Shown: positions 30,568-41,665 of the stretch, piece after piece
Layout of the letters: each line of letters begins with the position of its first letter
How positions within the stretch are numbered: position 1 is the stretch's first letter
Source: an uncultured delta proteobacterium
GTDB taxonomy: Bacteria; Desulfobacterota; Binatia; UBA9968
DNA length: 64,000 bases
Direction of reading: 5' to 3'
NCBI GenBank assembly: GCA_963760795.1
Contig: CAVXEP010000020.1
Span: 32,001 to 96,000 of the forward strand
The notes under the pieces: generated by a model
What the model saw: only the letters and a program-made list of their open reading frames with translations
Told to the model about the DNA's origin: nothing
Databases searched by the model: none
Position numbers and translations under genes: made by a program

Positions 30568-31140
30568 ATGAAGAACTATTTGACAGCCGGAATCCTGTTG
30601 GCGCCATTAGCGACGGCGGCGGCCTTCGCCCAGAGCGGCGACGAGGATTTTTACCAGCAGTGGGTCAATATCAAAGACGGCGAAGTTTCCGTCGCCTTCA
30701 ATCAGACGCCCGTGCAATTCGCTCTCGATGCGTTTCACGCCAAGACCGGATTTAACATCGTCGTGCCAGCGTCGACGGAGTCGAAGACCGTCAATCTGCG
30801 TTTGCATCGTCAACCCTTCGAACCGGCGATTCGTTCGCTCATCTCCACCATCGGTTATGACAATTTTGCCATGGTCTACGATCAGAAAGGCCGGCCCCAT
30901 AGCGCAGTGGTTCTCGGCGCGCGGGCACCCGCTGTGATCGAGGCATCGAACACCGCTGCACCGATCGCGCCTCTGACCATCGAAGAGCGCGACCGGCTCA
31001 AAAAAGAAATCGACCGCTGGAATGAACTGAAACAGGAAGAGCGCGGCCGCATCGAAGATCGCTTGCGTAACGTGCCGCCGTCGGAAGACCGCGAGATTCT
31101 GGTCCGAGAGTATGGCCGCCAGCTCTTAAGCTTGAAGTAA
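30568..31140 (+). CDS. Secreted hypothetical protein, possible secretin/TonB N-terminal-like domain
   Basis: Signal peptide (AAFA/Q), VSVAFNQTPVQFALDAF...GFNIVV pattern, charged helical C-terminus; GGAGG RBS. Confidence 0.65.
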   Translation: MKNYLTAGILLAPLATAAAFAQSGDEDFYQQWVNIKDGEVSVAFNQTPVQFALDAFHAKTGFNIVVPASTESKTVNLRLHRQPFEPAIRSLISTIGYDNFAMVYDQKGRPHSAVVLGARAPAVIEASNTAAPIAPLTIEERDRLKKEIDRWNELKQEERGRIEDRLRNVPPSEDREILVREYGRQLLSLK

Positions 31141-31217
31141 GTCGTTCGAACGACGAAGGACGAAGCGCCGCAGCGATATGCGCGCTTCATCCTTCCGCCT
31201 TCATCCCGCAGCCTTTT

Positions 31218-32372
31218 TTACTTTCCCCACAATTCTTTAGTCGCGATGCGCGCCCCTTCAGCCATCGCCTCAAACTTCGCCCAACCCACCTGCGGATGAC
31301 CGACCCGCGAGCCGATGCCGCAATCGGTGCCGGCGATGATGTTTTCCTTGCCGACGATCTTGGCGTAACGCACTAAGCGATCGGCGATCGCCCGCGGATG
31401 CTCGATGAAATCGCTGTAGTGGCCGACGACCCCGGGCATGAGCATCTTGCCATCCGGCAGCTTCACCTCTTCCCAGACGCGCCACTCATGATCGTGGCAG
31501 GGATTGGACGCCTCGATGGAGTAGGCGCTCGCTTTAACTTTGAGAATCAGATCCGCAATGTCCTTGAGCGGTACGTCGTATTTGTGCGGCCCATGATAAC
31601 TGCCCCAGCACATGTGGAAACGAATGCGCTCCTCGGGTAACCCGGCGAGCGCGTGGTTCAGCGCGGCGATGCGCAGCTCCTGATATTTGCGATAGTCCGC
31701 CAGACTCATGTCCGGATGCATCTGCCAGGCATCGGCGAGATCGGGATCGTCGATCTGCAAGACGAAGCCGGCATCGACGATCGCTTGGTACTCTTCACGC
31801 ATCGCGCCGGCGATGGCGAAGAGATACTCCTCGGTGGTCTTGTAATATTCGTTCTTCATCCAATGCTCCATCGTGCCGGGAGCGATGGCCGGGAGAAATC
31901 CCTCTGTGTACTGCTTGCCTTGGAGCGCCGCTTTGAGATTGGCGATGTCGGCGTTGACTTCATCCTGGCCGATATACTTGAGCGGCTCGACGCAGTAGAA
32001 CACCCGGGCGTGATGGCCGACGGCGGTTCTGCCGCCGCGGTTGAAATATTCGGTGAACTCCTTCATGTCGCGGCCGAAGATCGATGTCGGTTTGAAATCC
32101 GCCCCGGCCTCGCGCTCGACGAATCCGCCGAGCCGCTCTTTGGTGTAGCGGGAGAAATTCGATTTGCCCAGCTCGCCGTCATTGACCACGTCGATGCCGC
32201 AGTCGATCTGCTTTTGCACCACTTCGGCCACCGACTCGCTGGTCCGCTTGGCCAGCGCCGCGCTGTCATAAGGTTTACCCTCATTGCGCGCCACCAACAT
32301 CTCCATCAAATCCTTGGGCCGCGCCAAACTGCCGACATGGGAGACTAAAATTCTATCCGTGCTATGTTTCAT
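31218..32372 (-). CDS. Cobalamin-independent methionine synthase II / epoxyalkane:CoM transferase family protein
   Basis: SHVGSLARP, DGELGK, LQIDDP, HMCWG and TDCG zinc ligands. Confidence 0.9.
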   Translation of the reverse strand: MKHSTDRILVSHVGSLARPKDLMEMLVARNEGKPYDSAALAKRTSESVAEVVQKQIDCGIDVVNDGELGKSNFSRYTKERLGGFVEREAGADFKPTSIFGRDMKEFTEYFNRGGRTAVGHHARVFYCVEPLKYIGQDEVNADIANLKAALQGKQYTEGFLPAIAPGTMEHWMKNEYYKTTEEYLFAIAGAMREEYQAIVDAGFVLQIDDPDLADAWQMHPDMSLADYRKYQELRIAALNHALAGLPEERIRFHMCWGSYHGPHKYDVPLKDIADLILKVKASAYSIEASNPCHDHEWRVWEEVKLPDGKMLMPGVVGHYSDFIEHPRAIADRLVRYAKIVGKENIIAGTDCGIGSRVGHPQVGWAKFEAMAEGARIATKELWGK

Positions 32373-32436
32373 AAACTCCCTCAATAATGCTTCTAAACAA
32401 TTGGAACCTTTGGAACCACTGGAACGATTGGAACTA

Positions 32437-33579
32437 TCATTGCTTTGCCGGCAGCGCCTTCTTGATCAACTCGCGAATGCTATCCAACTCCTCGATCCAC
32501 TCAGTCGTGATCCACAGGTAGCGCCCGCCTTTGCTGCGCTTGGCGAGATCGAGAACTTTATCCTTGGGAATGTCTTCGCGCAGGGAGTCATACTGGCCGA
32601 AAGTCTTGGCGTTGTGCTCTAGCCAAGTGCTCTGTCCTTCTTTGGAAAGCAGCCAATTGATCGCCACCTTGGCGGCGTTGGGATGGGGCGCGCGGTTGAA
32701 GAAGCTCAGCGTGCCGTTGTAAGTCGCCAGCGACGCCCCTTCCTTCATATGGTTGGGAACGAATTGGTTGATCGGCAGTCCCTGCGCGATCGCTTTGTCG
32801 ACATCGCGGGCGCCGAAGCCGAGGGCATGGCGCCCGGTGCTGAGCCAGTCCATCAGCTGGTCGTCCGAGCGCACGATGGTCATGTTGGTTTCGGCGTAGA
32901 GCCGGCGCAGAAACTCCGGACCGAGTTCGGGATGCTTGTAGAAAAAAATCTGCGGCGTATTGATCGGCCCGGCCACCAGCGGATCGATGGTGACGATCTT
33001 ACCCTTCCACTTGGGATCGAGCAGATTCCAGTAGGAGCGAATCTCCGCGGCATTGACCAGCTTCGAATTAAAAGTGATATCGCCCGCCCGCGGCGTGCCT
33101 TCGAAGACGAAGATATAACGGTTCTCCGGATCGTTGTAATGATGCTTGCCCTCGAACCAATTGGCTTCGTTAAGAATCTCGGGCAGCACCAACAGCGGCT
33201 TGATCGGCTCGAGGATCTTGGCCTTGTGAAACACCGTCAGCGGCGTGACGTTGCCGGTGATGCACAGGTCGGCGATATACTTCTCGCCGCGCCGCTCGCT
33301 CATCACCCGCTGGCCCAGCTGAAAACCGCGGCCGACTACTGATGTAACCTTGATCTTGGGATACTTCTTCTGAAACCCGTCGCGAAACACCGACTCGAAC
33401 GCCGAGGTCATGTAAATGCTCACCGCCCCCTCTTCCTCCGCGGCTTTCACGGTCTTTTCCCAATCCGCTTGCCAGGCCGCCGGCTTAACTTCAGCGGCAT
33501 GGCCCAACGATTCGACCATGACTGAGAACAGCGTCAACAGAACCATTGCATAGGCATCACGAATCGATTTTGCGGTCAT
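32437..33579 (-). CDS. ABC extracellular solute-binding protein
   Basis: WEKTVKAAEEEG, LLDPKWKGK, APHPNAAKVAINWLLS. Confidence 0.9.
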   Translation of the reverse strand: MTAKSIRDAYAMVLLTLFSVMVESLGHAAEVKPAAWQADWEKTVKAAEEEGAVSIYMTSAFESVFRDGFQKKYPKIKVTSVVGRGFQLGQRVMSERRGEKYIADLCITGNVTPLTVFHKAKILEPIKPLLVLPEILNEANWFEGKHHYNDPENRYIFVFEGTPRAGDITFNSKLVNAAEIRSYWNLLDPKWKGKIVTIDPLVAGPINTPQIFFYKHPELGPEFLRRLYAETNMTIVRSDDQLMDWLSTGRHALGFGARDVDKAIAQGLPINQFVPNHMKEGASLATYNGTLSFFNRAPHPNAAKVAINWLLSKEGQSTWLEHNAKTFGQYDSLREDIPKDKVLDLAKRSKGGRYLWITTEWIEELDSIRELIKKALPAKQ

Positions 33580-33717
33580 GGGCAGGCTTCCTTTCGCACG
33601 CCGGGTGATTAATCAATGGCCCGGTCAAAACGATACATGGAGGTAAATTTCTCAATTGATAATGTAAGCGGACCAGCTGATATTCCGCGGCGAAAATTTT
33701 ATCGATGTCTCGGCGTC

Positions 33718-35190
33718 CTAATCGCCTACTCGCCCCGACTGTTTCTCCATCACGTACTTCACCAAGAACGGCCATACTTGAGTTGCGTCGGCCAACATCT
33801 CGGCGTAGATGCCGTTCTTGTCAGCTTTGCGCCACGATTCATTCTCAGAATAGGTGCAGCCCGACAGATGGCCGAAGTGGGGCTTGTCAGGGCAAATTCT
33901 CACGCCATAGCAGAATTTGCGATTGGGGAAAGTCGGGCCCAGCCGCTCGTTGATGATCTCGATCAAGGGCGCGACGTTTTGCACGTTGTTACGCGGCACG
34001 CCGCCGCCGATGGAAAGTATGCCAAACCGCTTCGGCCCGGTGACCACGCGAATCAACTCTTTGCTGTCCAGTTCCAGGTTCATCAGGATCGGTTTCTTGC
34101 CGCGCCGGCGCCGTTTGATGTTGTGAATATAGATATCGTTGCCCAGCTCCGAGTCGACGAACGCCGGCACGAACACCGGAACGCCATGCTGGTACGCCGA
34201 CTTCAGCACGCCGCGATCCTTAGGGTAATTTTCCGCAAGATGCTTGCCGATTAGTTTATTAAACGCCGTCGGACTGAGCATCACTTTGCCGTCGATCTTG
34301 TCGATCACCTTGCCGATGACTTCTTCCACCGTGTCCAGATTGGATTCCGGCTCCAACGTGTCGGTCACGCGGTTGAGCTTACGCCGCGCCAGCTCGGTGT
34401 CGTCGTACTTGGGATTGTATTTGTAATGCTTGAGGCCTATGGAGGATACCAAGCCATGAGCCATCAGCGCGCCGGTGGACGAGATCGCATGGATCAAGCC
34501 CAGCTCGATCATGTCGCAGATGATCAGATCCATCTTGCCGACGGTCATGGCGCCGCTGACCGTGAGAAAACGCACGCAGTCCTTATCGCCGGTCATCGCT
34601 TCAAGAGCTTTTGCGCCGCGCGCCACCTGCGCCGCCAGGCCGCCATTGGCAGCCAGGCCGGAGATGAAGGAACTGATCGAGCTGCGCCTGCCGTTCAACC
34701 ATTCATCGAGGGCGGCGTAAATCACCGGCATGATGAAACGCGGATCGGCGAACACGGCGTCGGGGAAAAACCCGTCACGCACCTGGCCGGGCCGCGCCAT
34801 GTCGAAGGGGTTAATAAAGATGGCGCGCTTGGGCTTCTTATAAATCGGCTCGGCATCGCGCTCGGAGAACGCGCCGACGACGATGACATTGCCGCCGCGA
34901 GTCTGCATCTTGGCGTAGGCCGATGGCGTCACGATCCGCCGGCACCAGCGATTTTCAACAAACTTCTTGAGCAGCCGTCCCAGCGGTGTATTCTCCAGAC
35001 CGTCGTAGATCAGCAGCGGCTTGTCTTGAGCCGACGCCATCGCGCAAATGGTCTTGGCCGCCTCGCCGAGCATGCGCGCGCCAAAGGCGCAGTAGCGCAT
35101 GGCGTCAACGATATCACCGACCGATTCGCACCGTTGTAGATCGATGGATTTCAGTTCCTCGAATTGTCGGGTTTTGGCGGAATGTTTCAT
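33718..35190 (-). CDS. Deoxyhypusine synthase-like protein (homospermidine synthase type) with N-terminal extension
   Basis: FLTVSGAM, STGALMAH, VPAFVDSELG, IGGGVPRN, SGCTYSENESWRK (catalytic Lys position), ADATQVWP. Confidence 0.9.
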   Translation of the reverse strand: MKHSAKTRQFEELKSIDLQRCESVGDIVDAMRYCAFGARMLGEAAKTICAMASAQDKPLLIYDGLENTPLGRLLKKFVENRWCRRIVTPSAYAKMQTRGGNVIVVGAFSERDAEPIYKKPKRAIFINPFDMARPGQVRDGFFPDAVFADPRFIMPVIYAALDEWLNGRRSSISSFISGLAANGGLAAQVARGAKALEAMTGDKDCVRFLTVSGAMTVGKMDLIICDMIELGLIHAISSTGALMAHGLVSSIGLKHYKYNPKYDDTELARRKLNRVTDTLEPESNLDTVEEVIGKVIDKIDGKVMLSPTAFNKLIGKHLAENYPKDRGVLKSAYQHGVPVFVPAFVDSELGNDIYIHNIKRRRRGKKPILMNLELDSKELIRVVTGPKRFGILSIGGGVPRNNVQNVAPLIEIINERLGPTFPNRKFCYGVRICPDKPHFGHLSGCTYSENESWRKADKNGIYAEMLADATQVWPFLVKYVMEKQSGRVGD

Positions 35191-35300
35191 TGCAGCTTTC
35201 GTGTTCTTCAAATGCCCTTAGCAAAGAGGACGGGTTTAAAGCCCGTCCCCAACAAGAATTGAATCTATTTTGCGTTCTTTGCGGCTAACCTTCCGGGATT

Positions 35301-36335
35301 CTAGCGCAGCGCCGGCAACACCGACTGGGCGCAGCGCTCCATCGACTTGAGCACTTTGTCTTGGCTCAAGCCGCCGAAGTGAAAGGTCAAGCCGATATGG
35401 GTCGTGCCAACCACGTCGACGATGCGCTTGAGAATGCGCGCGCAAGTCTCCGGCCCGCCGAACACCCCGCGGCTTTCGCGCGCCATCGCATCGTAGCTCA
35501 AGTGTGGGAACCTGGTCTCCCAGGCCGGAGTTCCCGGCTCGGTGCCGGTCGCTGCCAAGGCGAACACGCGCCAGCGGTGCCAGTGCTCGATCACTTCTGC
35601 GCGCGCGCTTTCGTCGGTGTCGCCGACATAGACCGGATACATGGTAAAGACATCTTTGTCGTCGGTGCGATGACCAGCCGCGCGAAGCGCCGCTTTGTAC
35701 CACTCAATGCGCGGTGCCTGGTCTTCGTTGGTGACGACCCACGGCAAGGTCATCAAATGGTGGCCGCGCTTGCCGATCATGGCGAAGCTCTCCGGATCAC
35801 GATTGGCGGTGATATATATCGGTGGATGGGGCTGCTGAAACGGTTGCGGATAGACTTTGAGCTTGGGAAACTTGTAGTAATCTCCCTGCCACTCGAACTC
35901 CTCACCGCTCCAGGCCCGCATGACGATATCGAGCGCTTCGGGCAAGCGTTTCTGGGCGCTCGTATAGTCGTGACCGAATACCTCGTATTCGTCGGGGTGC
36001 ATGCCTCGTCCCGCGCCGAAATTTAGCCGCCCGCTCGACAGCTGATCGACCATGGCAAACTCTTCGGCGATGCGCAGCGGGTTGTGCATCGGCAGCAGCG
36101 ATACCGCTGCGCCCAAGCGCATCTTCTTGGTGCGCTGCGCCGCCGCCGCGAGCATCACCGACGGACTCGGCATCTGCCCGCCGAAGTGGCGAAAGTGATG
36201 CTCGGTCACCCACAACGAATCGAAACCCAGCGCTTCCGCGGCGTCCATCTGCTCGAGCCACTTGGAATAAATCTCCCGGCTACCGCCATCCAAATCGGGA
36301 ACATAGGTGTTAAGAATGTAATAACCGAATTTCAC
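35301..36335 (-). CDS. LLM-class flavin-dependent oxidoreductase
   Basis: GFDSLWVTEHHF, HNPLRIAEE, SSGRLNFGAGRG, PFQQPHPP; GTG start after GAGAGG. Confidence 0.92.
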   Translation of the reverse strand: MKFGYYILNTYVPDLDGGSREIYSKWLEQMDAAEALGFDSLWVTEHHFRHFGGQMPSPSVMLAAAAQRTKKMRLGAAVSLLPMHNPLRIAEEFAMVDQLSSGRLNFGAGRGMHPDEYEVFGHDYTSAQKRLPEALDIVMRAWSGEEFEWQGDYYKFPKLKVYPQPFQQPHPPIYITANRDPESFAMIGKRGHHLMTLPWVVTNEDQAPRIEWYKAALRAAGHRTDDKDVFTMYPVYVGDTDESARAEVIEHWHRWRVFALAATGTEPGTPAWETRFPHLSYDAMARESRGVFGGPETCARILKRIVDVVGTTHIGLTFHFGGLSQDKVLKSMERCAQSVLPALR

Positions 36336-36511
36336 ATCGACCTCTCTTTGTAACGTGCCACCGAAAATATGGGGAATTCGCCTGTGGGTCAAGCAAAGTT
36401 CGCAGGTTATAAATTGCCAGCGTCCCGGCGCTGCCTGCGCAAAGCCACTTCTATTTGCAATCGCGCGGTAAATTGGGATTATAGAGCGGTAACGATGCTA
36501 AGGAGACCCGC

Positions 36512-37381
36512 ATGAATCGAATCACCACCGCCGGCCGTCTGCTGTTGGCCCTTTTTTGGTTGGCGACATCGGCCGCGGCCCAGGCTCAAGACCTTGAGAA
36601 ACTGCCCTTCGTGCCGACACCGCAGATCGTCGTCGACGAGATGCTGAAAATGGCCGGCGTCACCGACAAAGACTTCGTCGTCGACTTGGGCTCCGGCGAT
36701 GGCCGTATGATCATCACCGCGGCGCGCAGCTTCAAAGCCAACGGTCTCGGCGTCGACATCGATGCCAAACTCGTCGATCTCGCCACCAGCCACGCGCGCA
36801 ACGAAGCCGTCAGCGACCGCGCCAAGTTCATCGAGCAAGATATGTTCAAGGCCGACATCAGCAAAGCCACGGTGGTGACGCTCTATGTCCTGCCCGATTT
36901 CATGGAAAAGCTACGGCCCAAACTTCTGCGCGAGTTGAAACCCGGCGCGCGTATCGTCGCCCATGATTATTATATGAGCGAGTGGCCTCCCGATCGCTTC
37001 GCGGAAATGAACGTGCCGGAGAAAAAAGCCGCCAACGGAACGGAGAAGGCCTATCTCTACCTGTGGACCGTTCCGGCAACCGTCCAAGGCGACTGGCGCA
37101 TCAATTGGGATTTCGGCGATGGCAAACCGCAGTTGATCGTCCTGGCATTCAATCAAAGATACCAAGTGATCAATGCTTCCGCCGCCAGCAAAGACGGCGA
37201 GATGAAGATCGCCAACGCCACGCTCAAAGGCGACGATATCGACTTTTTCCTCACCGTCGGCGCGAACAATTACCGCTTCACCGGCAAAGTTCAGGGCGAT
37301 CGCATGAGCGGCATTGCCGTCACCGGCGCCGGTGGCAAACCGATCCCGTGGAGCGCCGCCAAGATGCCGCCGGAAAAGTGA
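36512..37381 (+). CDS. Class I SAM-dependent methyltransferase with signal peptide and C-terminal beta domain
   Basis: PFVPTP, DLGSGDGR, TVVTLY, LKPGARIVAHDY. Confidence 0.9.
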   Translation: MNRITTAGRLLLALFWLATSAAAQAQDLEKLPFVPTPQIVVDEMLKMAGVTDKDFVVDLGSGDGRMIITAARSFKANGLGVDIDAKLVDLATSHARNEAVSDRAKFIEQDMFKADISKATVVTLYVLPDFMEKLRPKLLRELKPGARIVAHDYYMSEWPPDRFAEMNVPEKKAANGTEKAYLYLWTVPATVQGDWRINWDFGDGKPQLIVLAFNQRYQVINASAASKDGEMKIANATLKGDDIDFFLTVGANNYRFTGKVQGDRMSGIAVTGAGGKPIPWSAAKMPPEK

Positions 37382-37506
37382 GTTTGACATCTTGGCTTGG
37401 GTCTCGTAGGGAAAGGAAGTTGTCGACATCCTTCGGGCCTTGATGATGAATCGACTTAAGCAAAAACAAGTGAAATAAACCTAGATCGAAAGCGAGGGCA
37501 AATCTC

Positions 37507-38566
37507 ATGAACGCACCCGTATCCGCATACACCCCTGAAGTGGTATTGGCCGGCGAGAAGATCATTTCCGCCGACTCCCACATCCAGGAACCGGAAGATC
37601 TATGGGTCAATCAACTGCCGGCGGCGATGAAAGATCGCTACCCCAAATTTCCCAAGCGCAATTCGCCCGGCGAAAAACCCGGCGGCTGGGACCCCAAAGC
37701 GCGCATTAGCGAGATGGAAACCGACGGCGTGTCGGCCGAAGTGCTCTATCCGACGCTGGGGCTGCGCTTGTTCGCCATGGAAGACGCCGAATGCCAGGAA
37801 GCCTGCTTCCAAATCGCCAACGATTGGATGATCGACTACTGCAAAGTGACGCCGGGCCGGCTTGATCGGCATCCCGATGATCTCGCTGTACAATATCAAG
37901 AACGCCATCAAGGAACTCGAGCGTTGCAAGAAAGCCGGCATGGTCGGCTGCTTGATCTGGCAGGTACCGCCGGACCATCTGCCGTTCTCCAGCGACTACT
38001 ACGATCCGTTCTGGGAAGCCGCCGGCGAGATGAATATGCCGGTGAACTTGCATATCCTCACCGGTTTCAACTACAGCCGCTTCGAGCGCAAAGGACTCGA
38101 CACCTACAAGACCGCCGTCAACGATAAGGTCAACGACGCGGCGAATACGTTATTCGATCTGATCTTCACCGGCGTGTTGTCGCGTTTCCCAAAACTCAAA
38201 CTGGTCTACGTCGAAAATGAATGCGCCTGGCTGCCCTTCTACTCCCACGAGTGGGACAAATACTACACCCGCTTCAAAACCAAAGTGCCGCTGCCGTTCA
38301 TGAAAAAACTCCCCGGCGAGTATATCGACGAACAAGTGTACGCGACCTTTTTTAGCGATCCGTGCGGCGGCCAGCTGATGAATCGTTTCGGCCAAGACAC
38401 CTTCATGTGGTCCAACGATTACCCGCACGCCGCCTCGCCCTGGCCGCACTCGCGCAAGGTGATCGCCGAAGAGTTGGGCCACCTGCCCAAAGACGTGCTG
38501 CGCAAGGTCGTGCGCGAGAACGTCATCAAGCTCTACAACTTGAAGATCGACGGCATCAACAATTGA
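37507..38566 (+). CDS. Amidohydrolase family protein, apparent frameshift at about 37857
   Basis: ISADSHIQEP, VNLHILTG, WSNDYPH across two frames. Confidence 0.88.
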
Positions 38567-38670
38567 ATTGTCCAAGCGAGTCATCCCGAACGAAGGTGAG
38601 GGATCTCGATTCCCGCGCCTATCCGAGCGCTGCCGAGGCTCGAAATGACAAAATAACACGGAGAATCGCC

Positions 38671-39165
38671 ATGCAGAAAAGCGCCACCGCCGCGGTTTTT
38701 AAAAACTACGATCAACCGAAGACCCAGCTCTTCTCGCTCAAGACGCCGTACATGGAACAAGGCCGAGTCACCCAGCTGGTCGCGGAAACGCCGAACCTGT
38801 GGATTCACACCAAGGTCAATGCCGAAGGCGGCGAAAACGAAATCCATAAGCACTTGGGCGAAGACCACGCCTTCATCGTTCTCGAAGGACAGATGAGCGT
38901 CTTCGACGAACAGGGCGGCGAGATCGAAGTGAAGCAATATCAGGGCGTGATGATCCCCAAGGGTGCTTACTATCGGTACTTGAATACCGGCGACGGCAAC
39001 CTGGTTGTGATCCGTGTCGGCGCCGGCGTAAAGGGACAACAGCAGGCGGGTCAGGAAACGCGCCTCGGCGCCGACGGCAAACCACTGGTCAGCGGCACAC
39101 CGGAGAACCGCAACAAACCGCCCATCGAGATGATCGGCAAGTTTTTCGCCGAAGCCGCGGGTTAA
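38671..39165 (+). CDS. Cupin domain protein
   Basis: GGENEIHKHLGEDHAFIVLEG, IPKGAYY. Confidence 0.85.
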   Translation: MQKSATAAVFKNYDQPKTQLFSLKTPYMEQGRVTQLVAETPNLWIHTKVNAEGGENEIHKHLGEDHAFIVLEGQMSVFDEQGGEIEVKQYQGVMIPKGAYYRYLNTGDGNLVVIRVGAGVKGQQQAGQETRLGADGKPLVSGTPENRNKPPIEMIGKFFAEAAG

Positions 39166-39202
39166 GCGCGCTGCTGCGCGGCAAATACTTGTCGAAGCCA
39201 AA

Positions 39203-39232
39203 GGGCCGCTCACAGTGAGCGGCCCATTTTTT
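39203..39232 (+). terminator. Rho-independent terminator
   Basis: Perfect stem gggccgctcac-a-gtgagcggccc followed by atttttt. Confidence 0.8.
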
Positions 39233-39530
39233 GGCGCGTAGTTTCCGTAGATCTTGACTCATAGGTCGCGAATAGATTTAGCAGTCGTTTCGTCGTCATG
39301 CCGGCGCAGGCCGGCAACCATCTTCGTTGCCACAGCCACACCTGGATACCGGCCTGGGCCGGTATGACCGATGATCGATTTGATGAATTTCAAAGCATGC
39401 ACGCTCGTTCATCTTAACTCCAACCGCAACATTCTCCCCAACCGAGTTTGACAGCCCACCGCTGAGTTCAGTATTGCTCATAGCGCAAGTCATTCTAGGG
39501 CGCGTGAGCGCCAATCCTGTGAGGGTTGCT

Positions 39531-40559
39531 ATGAAAAAAATAGTTCTAGCTCTTTCACTCGGTTTGTTCTGCACTTCACATGTGCACGCCCAAGGGCAAT
39601 TCTTCGAAGGCAAGACCGCCAAGATCATCGCCGGCTTCGGCGCCGGCAGCGTCGACGATGCTTGGTCGCGCATGCTCGCCCGCTTCATGGGCAAACACAT
39701 CGCCGGCACACCGAGCTTTCTCGTGCAAAACATGCCCGGCGCCGGCGCCATGATCGCGGCTAATTATGTTTATAGCGTCGCCAAACCTGACGGACTCACC
39801 TTGGCCGGCATTCGCGCCGGGCTTTACTTCGACCAGCTGGTGCGGCGCAAGCAAGTGCATTTCGACTGGCGCAAGTTCACCTGGCTCGGCAGTCCGTCGC
39901 AGCCCGATCAGATGATCTATATCCGCGCCAATTCGCCGTACAAAACCATTCACGACGTGCGCAGAGCCGCCGACCCGCCCAAGTGCGGCGCCTCCGGCAC
40001 CGCATCCCCCGGCCACTATCTGACTACTCTCTTGGAACAAACCATCGGCGCGAAATTTATTTCGATCACCGGCTACAAAGACGGGCCCGAGGTCGACCTG
40101 GCGGTCGAGCGGGAAGAAATCCATTGCCGCGGCATTTCCTTGGAAACCGGCTTCGCCCGCGAGCCGCTCATCGGTTGGCTCAAAAGCGGTTATGTCCGCG
40201 TGCTCATGCAGACCGGCAGAAAGCGCGACCCCAGACTGCCCGATGCGCCGACCATCTACGAGCTCATGGATGAGTTCAAAACGCCGGAGTCGGGCCGGCG
40301 CTTGGCGACGATTGTCCTCGCCGTCGCGCAATTCGGCCGCCCCTACGTGTCGTCGCCGGGACTGCCGCCGGAGCGGGCGAAAATGTTACAGAGCGCCTTT
40401 GTCAAAGCGACCAGCGATCCGGAGTTCGTCGCCGAGGCGAAACGGCGCCAACTCGAACTCAATCCGATCTACGGCGACGAACTGAACACCCTTGCCCAGG
40501 AAGTCATCGCTCAGCCCGTCGACGTCGTCGAACGGATGAAACAGATCATGGGCAACTGA
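39531..40559 (+). CDS. Tripartite tricarboxylate transporter substrate-binding protein (Bug/TctC)
   Basis: FFEGKT, NMPGAG, AKPDGLT, GYKDG. Confidence 0.9.
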   Translation: MKKIVLALSLGLFCTSHVHAQGQFFEGKTAKIIAGFGAGSVDDAWSRMLARFMGKHIAGTPSFLVQNMPGAGAMIAANYVYSVAKPDGLTLAGIRAGLYFDQLVRRKQVHFDWRKFTWLGSPSQPDQMIYIRANSPYKTIHDVRRAADPPKCGASGTASPGHYLTTLLEQTIGAKFISITGYKDGPEVDLAVEREEIHCRGISLETGFAREPLIGWLKSGYVRVLMQTGRKRDPRLPDAPTIYELMDEFKTPESGRRLATIVLAVAQFGRPYVSSPGLPPERAKMLQSAFVKATSDPEFVAEAKRRQLELNPIYGDELNTLAQEVIAQPVDVVERMKQIMGN

Positions 40560-40573
40560 GCAAAAAGAGTCCG

Positions 40574-41665
40574 ATGAGAAACTTGATAATCTTGATCGCA
40601 TTCTTCTGCGTCGCCGCCTATGGCATCAGTTCGGCTCACGCGTTGACCGCTGAGGAGATCGCCCTGCTAAACAAACCGGACCGCCAAAAGATTCTCGAAG
40701 AAGGCGCCAAGAAAGAAGGTAAAGTGGTTTGGTACACGCCGCTGATCGTCAACCAGGCGGTGCGCCCACTCAAAGAAGTTTTCGAGAAAAAGTATCCATT
40801 CCTCAAAGTCGACTTCCATCGCGCCATCTCGCGCGGTTTGGTGCAGAAATGGCTCGCGGAAAACGCCGCGAAGCGCTACGAAGTCGACGTAGTCGGCGGC
40901 GGCGAAGTGACCATGCTCGGCAAGAAGGCCGGTCTGCTACTGCGCTTTTCCTCACCCTTCTCGCGCGAATACCCTACGGAATTGAAAGACCCCCAAGGTC
41001 TTTGGAGCGCGACCAATCTTTATTTCATGACGCTCGCCTATAACACACGGCGCATCAAGCTCAATGAAGCGCCGAAAACCTATGAAGACTTATTGAACCC
41101 CAAGTGGAAAGGTCGCATGGCCTGGCACATGGGCTCCAACAGCGGCACGCCGCTGTTTATCGGCAACATCATTTCGGCCCTGGGAGAAAAAGCAGGTACC
41201 GCATATTTGCAGAATTTGGCCAAGCAAGGTGTTATCTCGGCAACCGCAAGCGCCCGCGGCATCGTCGATCTGGTGGTCGCCGGCGAATACGACATCGCCA
41301 TCAATATCTTTAACAACCATGCAGAGATCAGCAAAGATGCCGGCGCGCCGGTAGACTGGCAACCCCTGGAGCCGGTGCCGTCGCAGATGGGAACAACCAG
41401 CGTGGCGAAAACCGCGCCGCGGCCCCATGCGGCGATGCTATTCACCGACTTTCTCCTATCCGAAGAAGGTCAAAAGGTGTTTCAACGCGCCGATTATTTA
41501 CCGGCCCATCCCAAGATTTTGGCACAATCTCCCGAGCTCAAACCAGGCGGCGGCAGATTCGCCAAGGCCAATTATTTTCATCCGGAAACAGTCATGGAAC
41601 AGAGCGACAAATGGCTCGCGCTGCAAGAGAGAATTTTTACCAAGCAGCGAAGCACTTCGCCGTGA
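40574..41665 (+). CDS. ABC extracellular solute-binding protein
   Basis: EGAKKEGKVVWY, EDLLNPKWKG, APRPHAAMLF. Confidence 0.9.
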   Translation: MRNLIILIAFFCVAAYGISSAHALTAEEIALLNKPDRQKILEEGAKKEGKVVWYTPLIVNQAVRPLKEVFEKKYPFLKVDFHRAISRGLVQKWLAENAAKRYEVDVVGGGEVTMLGKKAGLLLRFSSPFSREYPTELKDPQGLWSATNLYFMTLAYNTRRIKLNEAPKTYEDLLNPKWKGRMAWHMGSNSGTPLFIGNIISALGEKAGTAYLQNLAKQGVISATASARGIVDLVVAGEYDIAINIFNNHAEISKDAGAPVDWQPLEPVPSQMGTTSVAKTAPRPHAAMLFTDFLLSEEGQKVFQRADYLPAHPKILAQSPELKPGGGRFAKANYFHPETVMEQSDKWLALQERIFTKQRSTSP

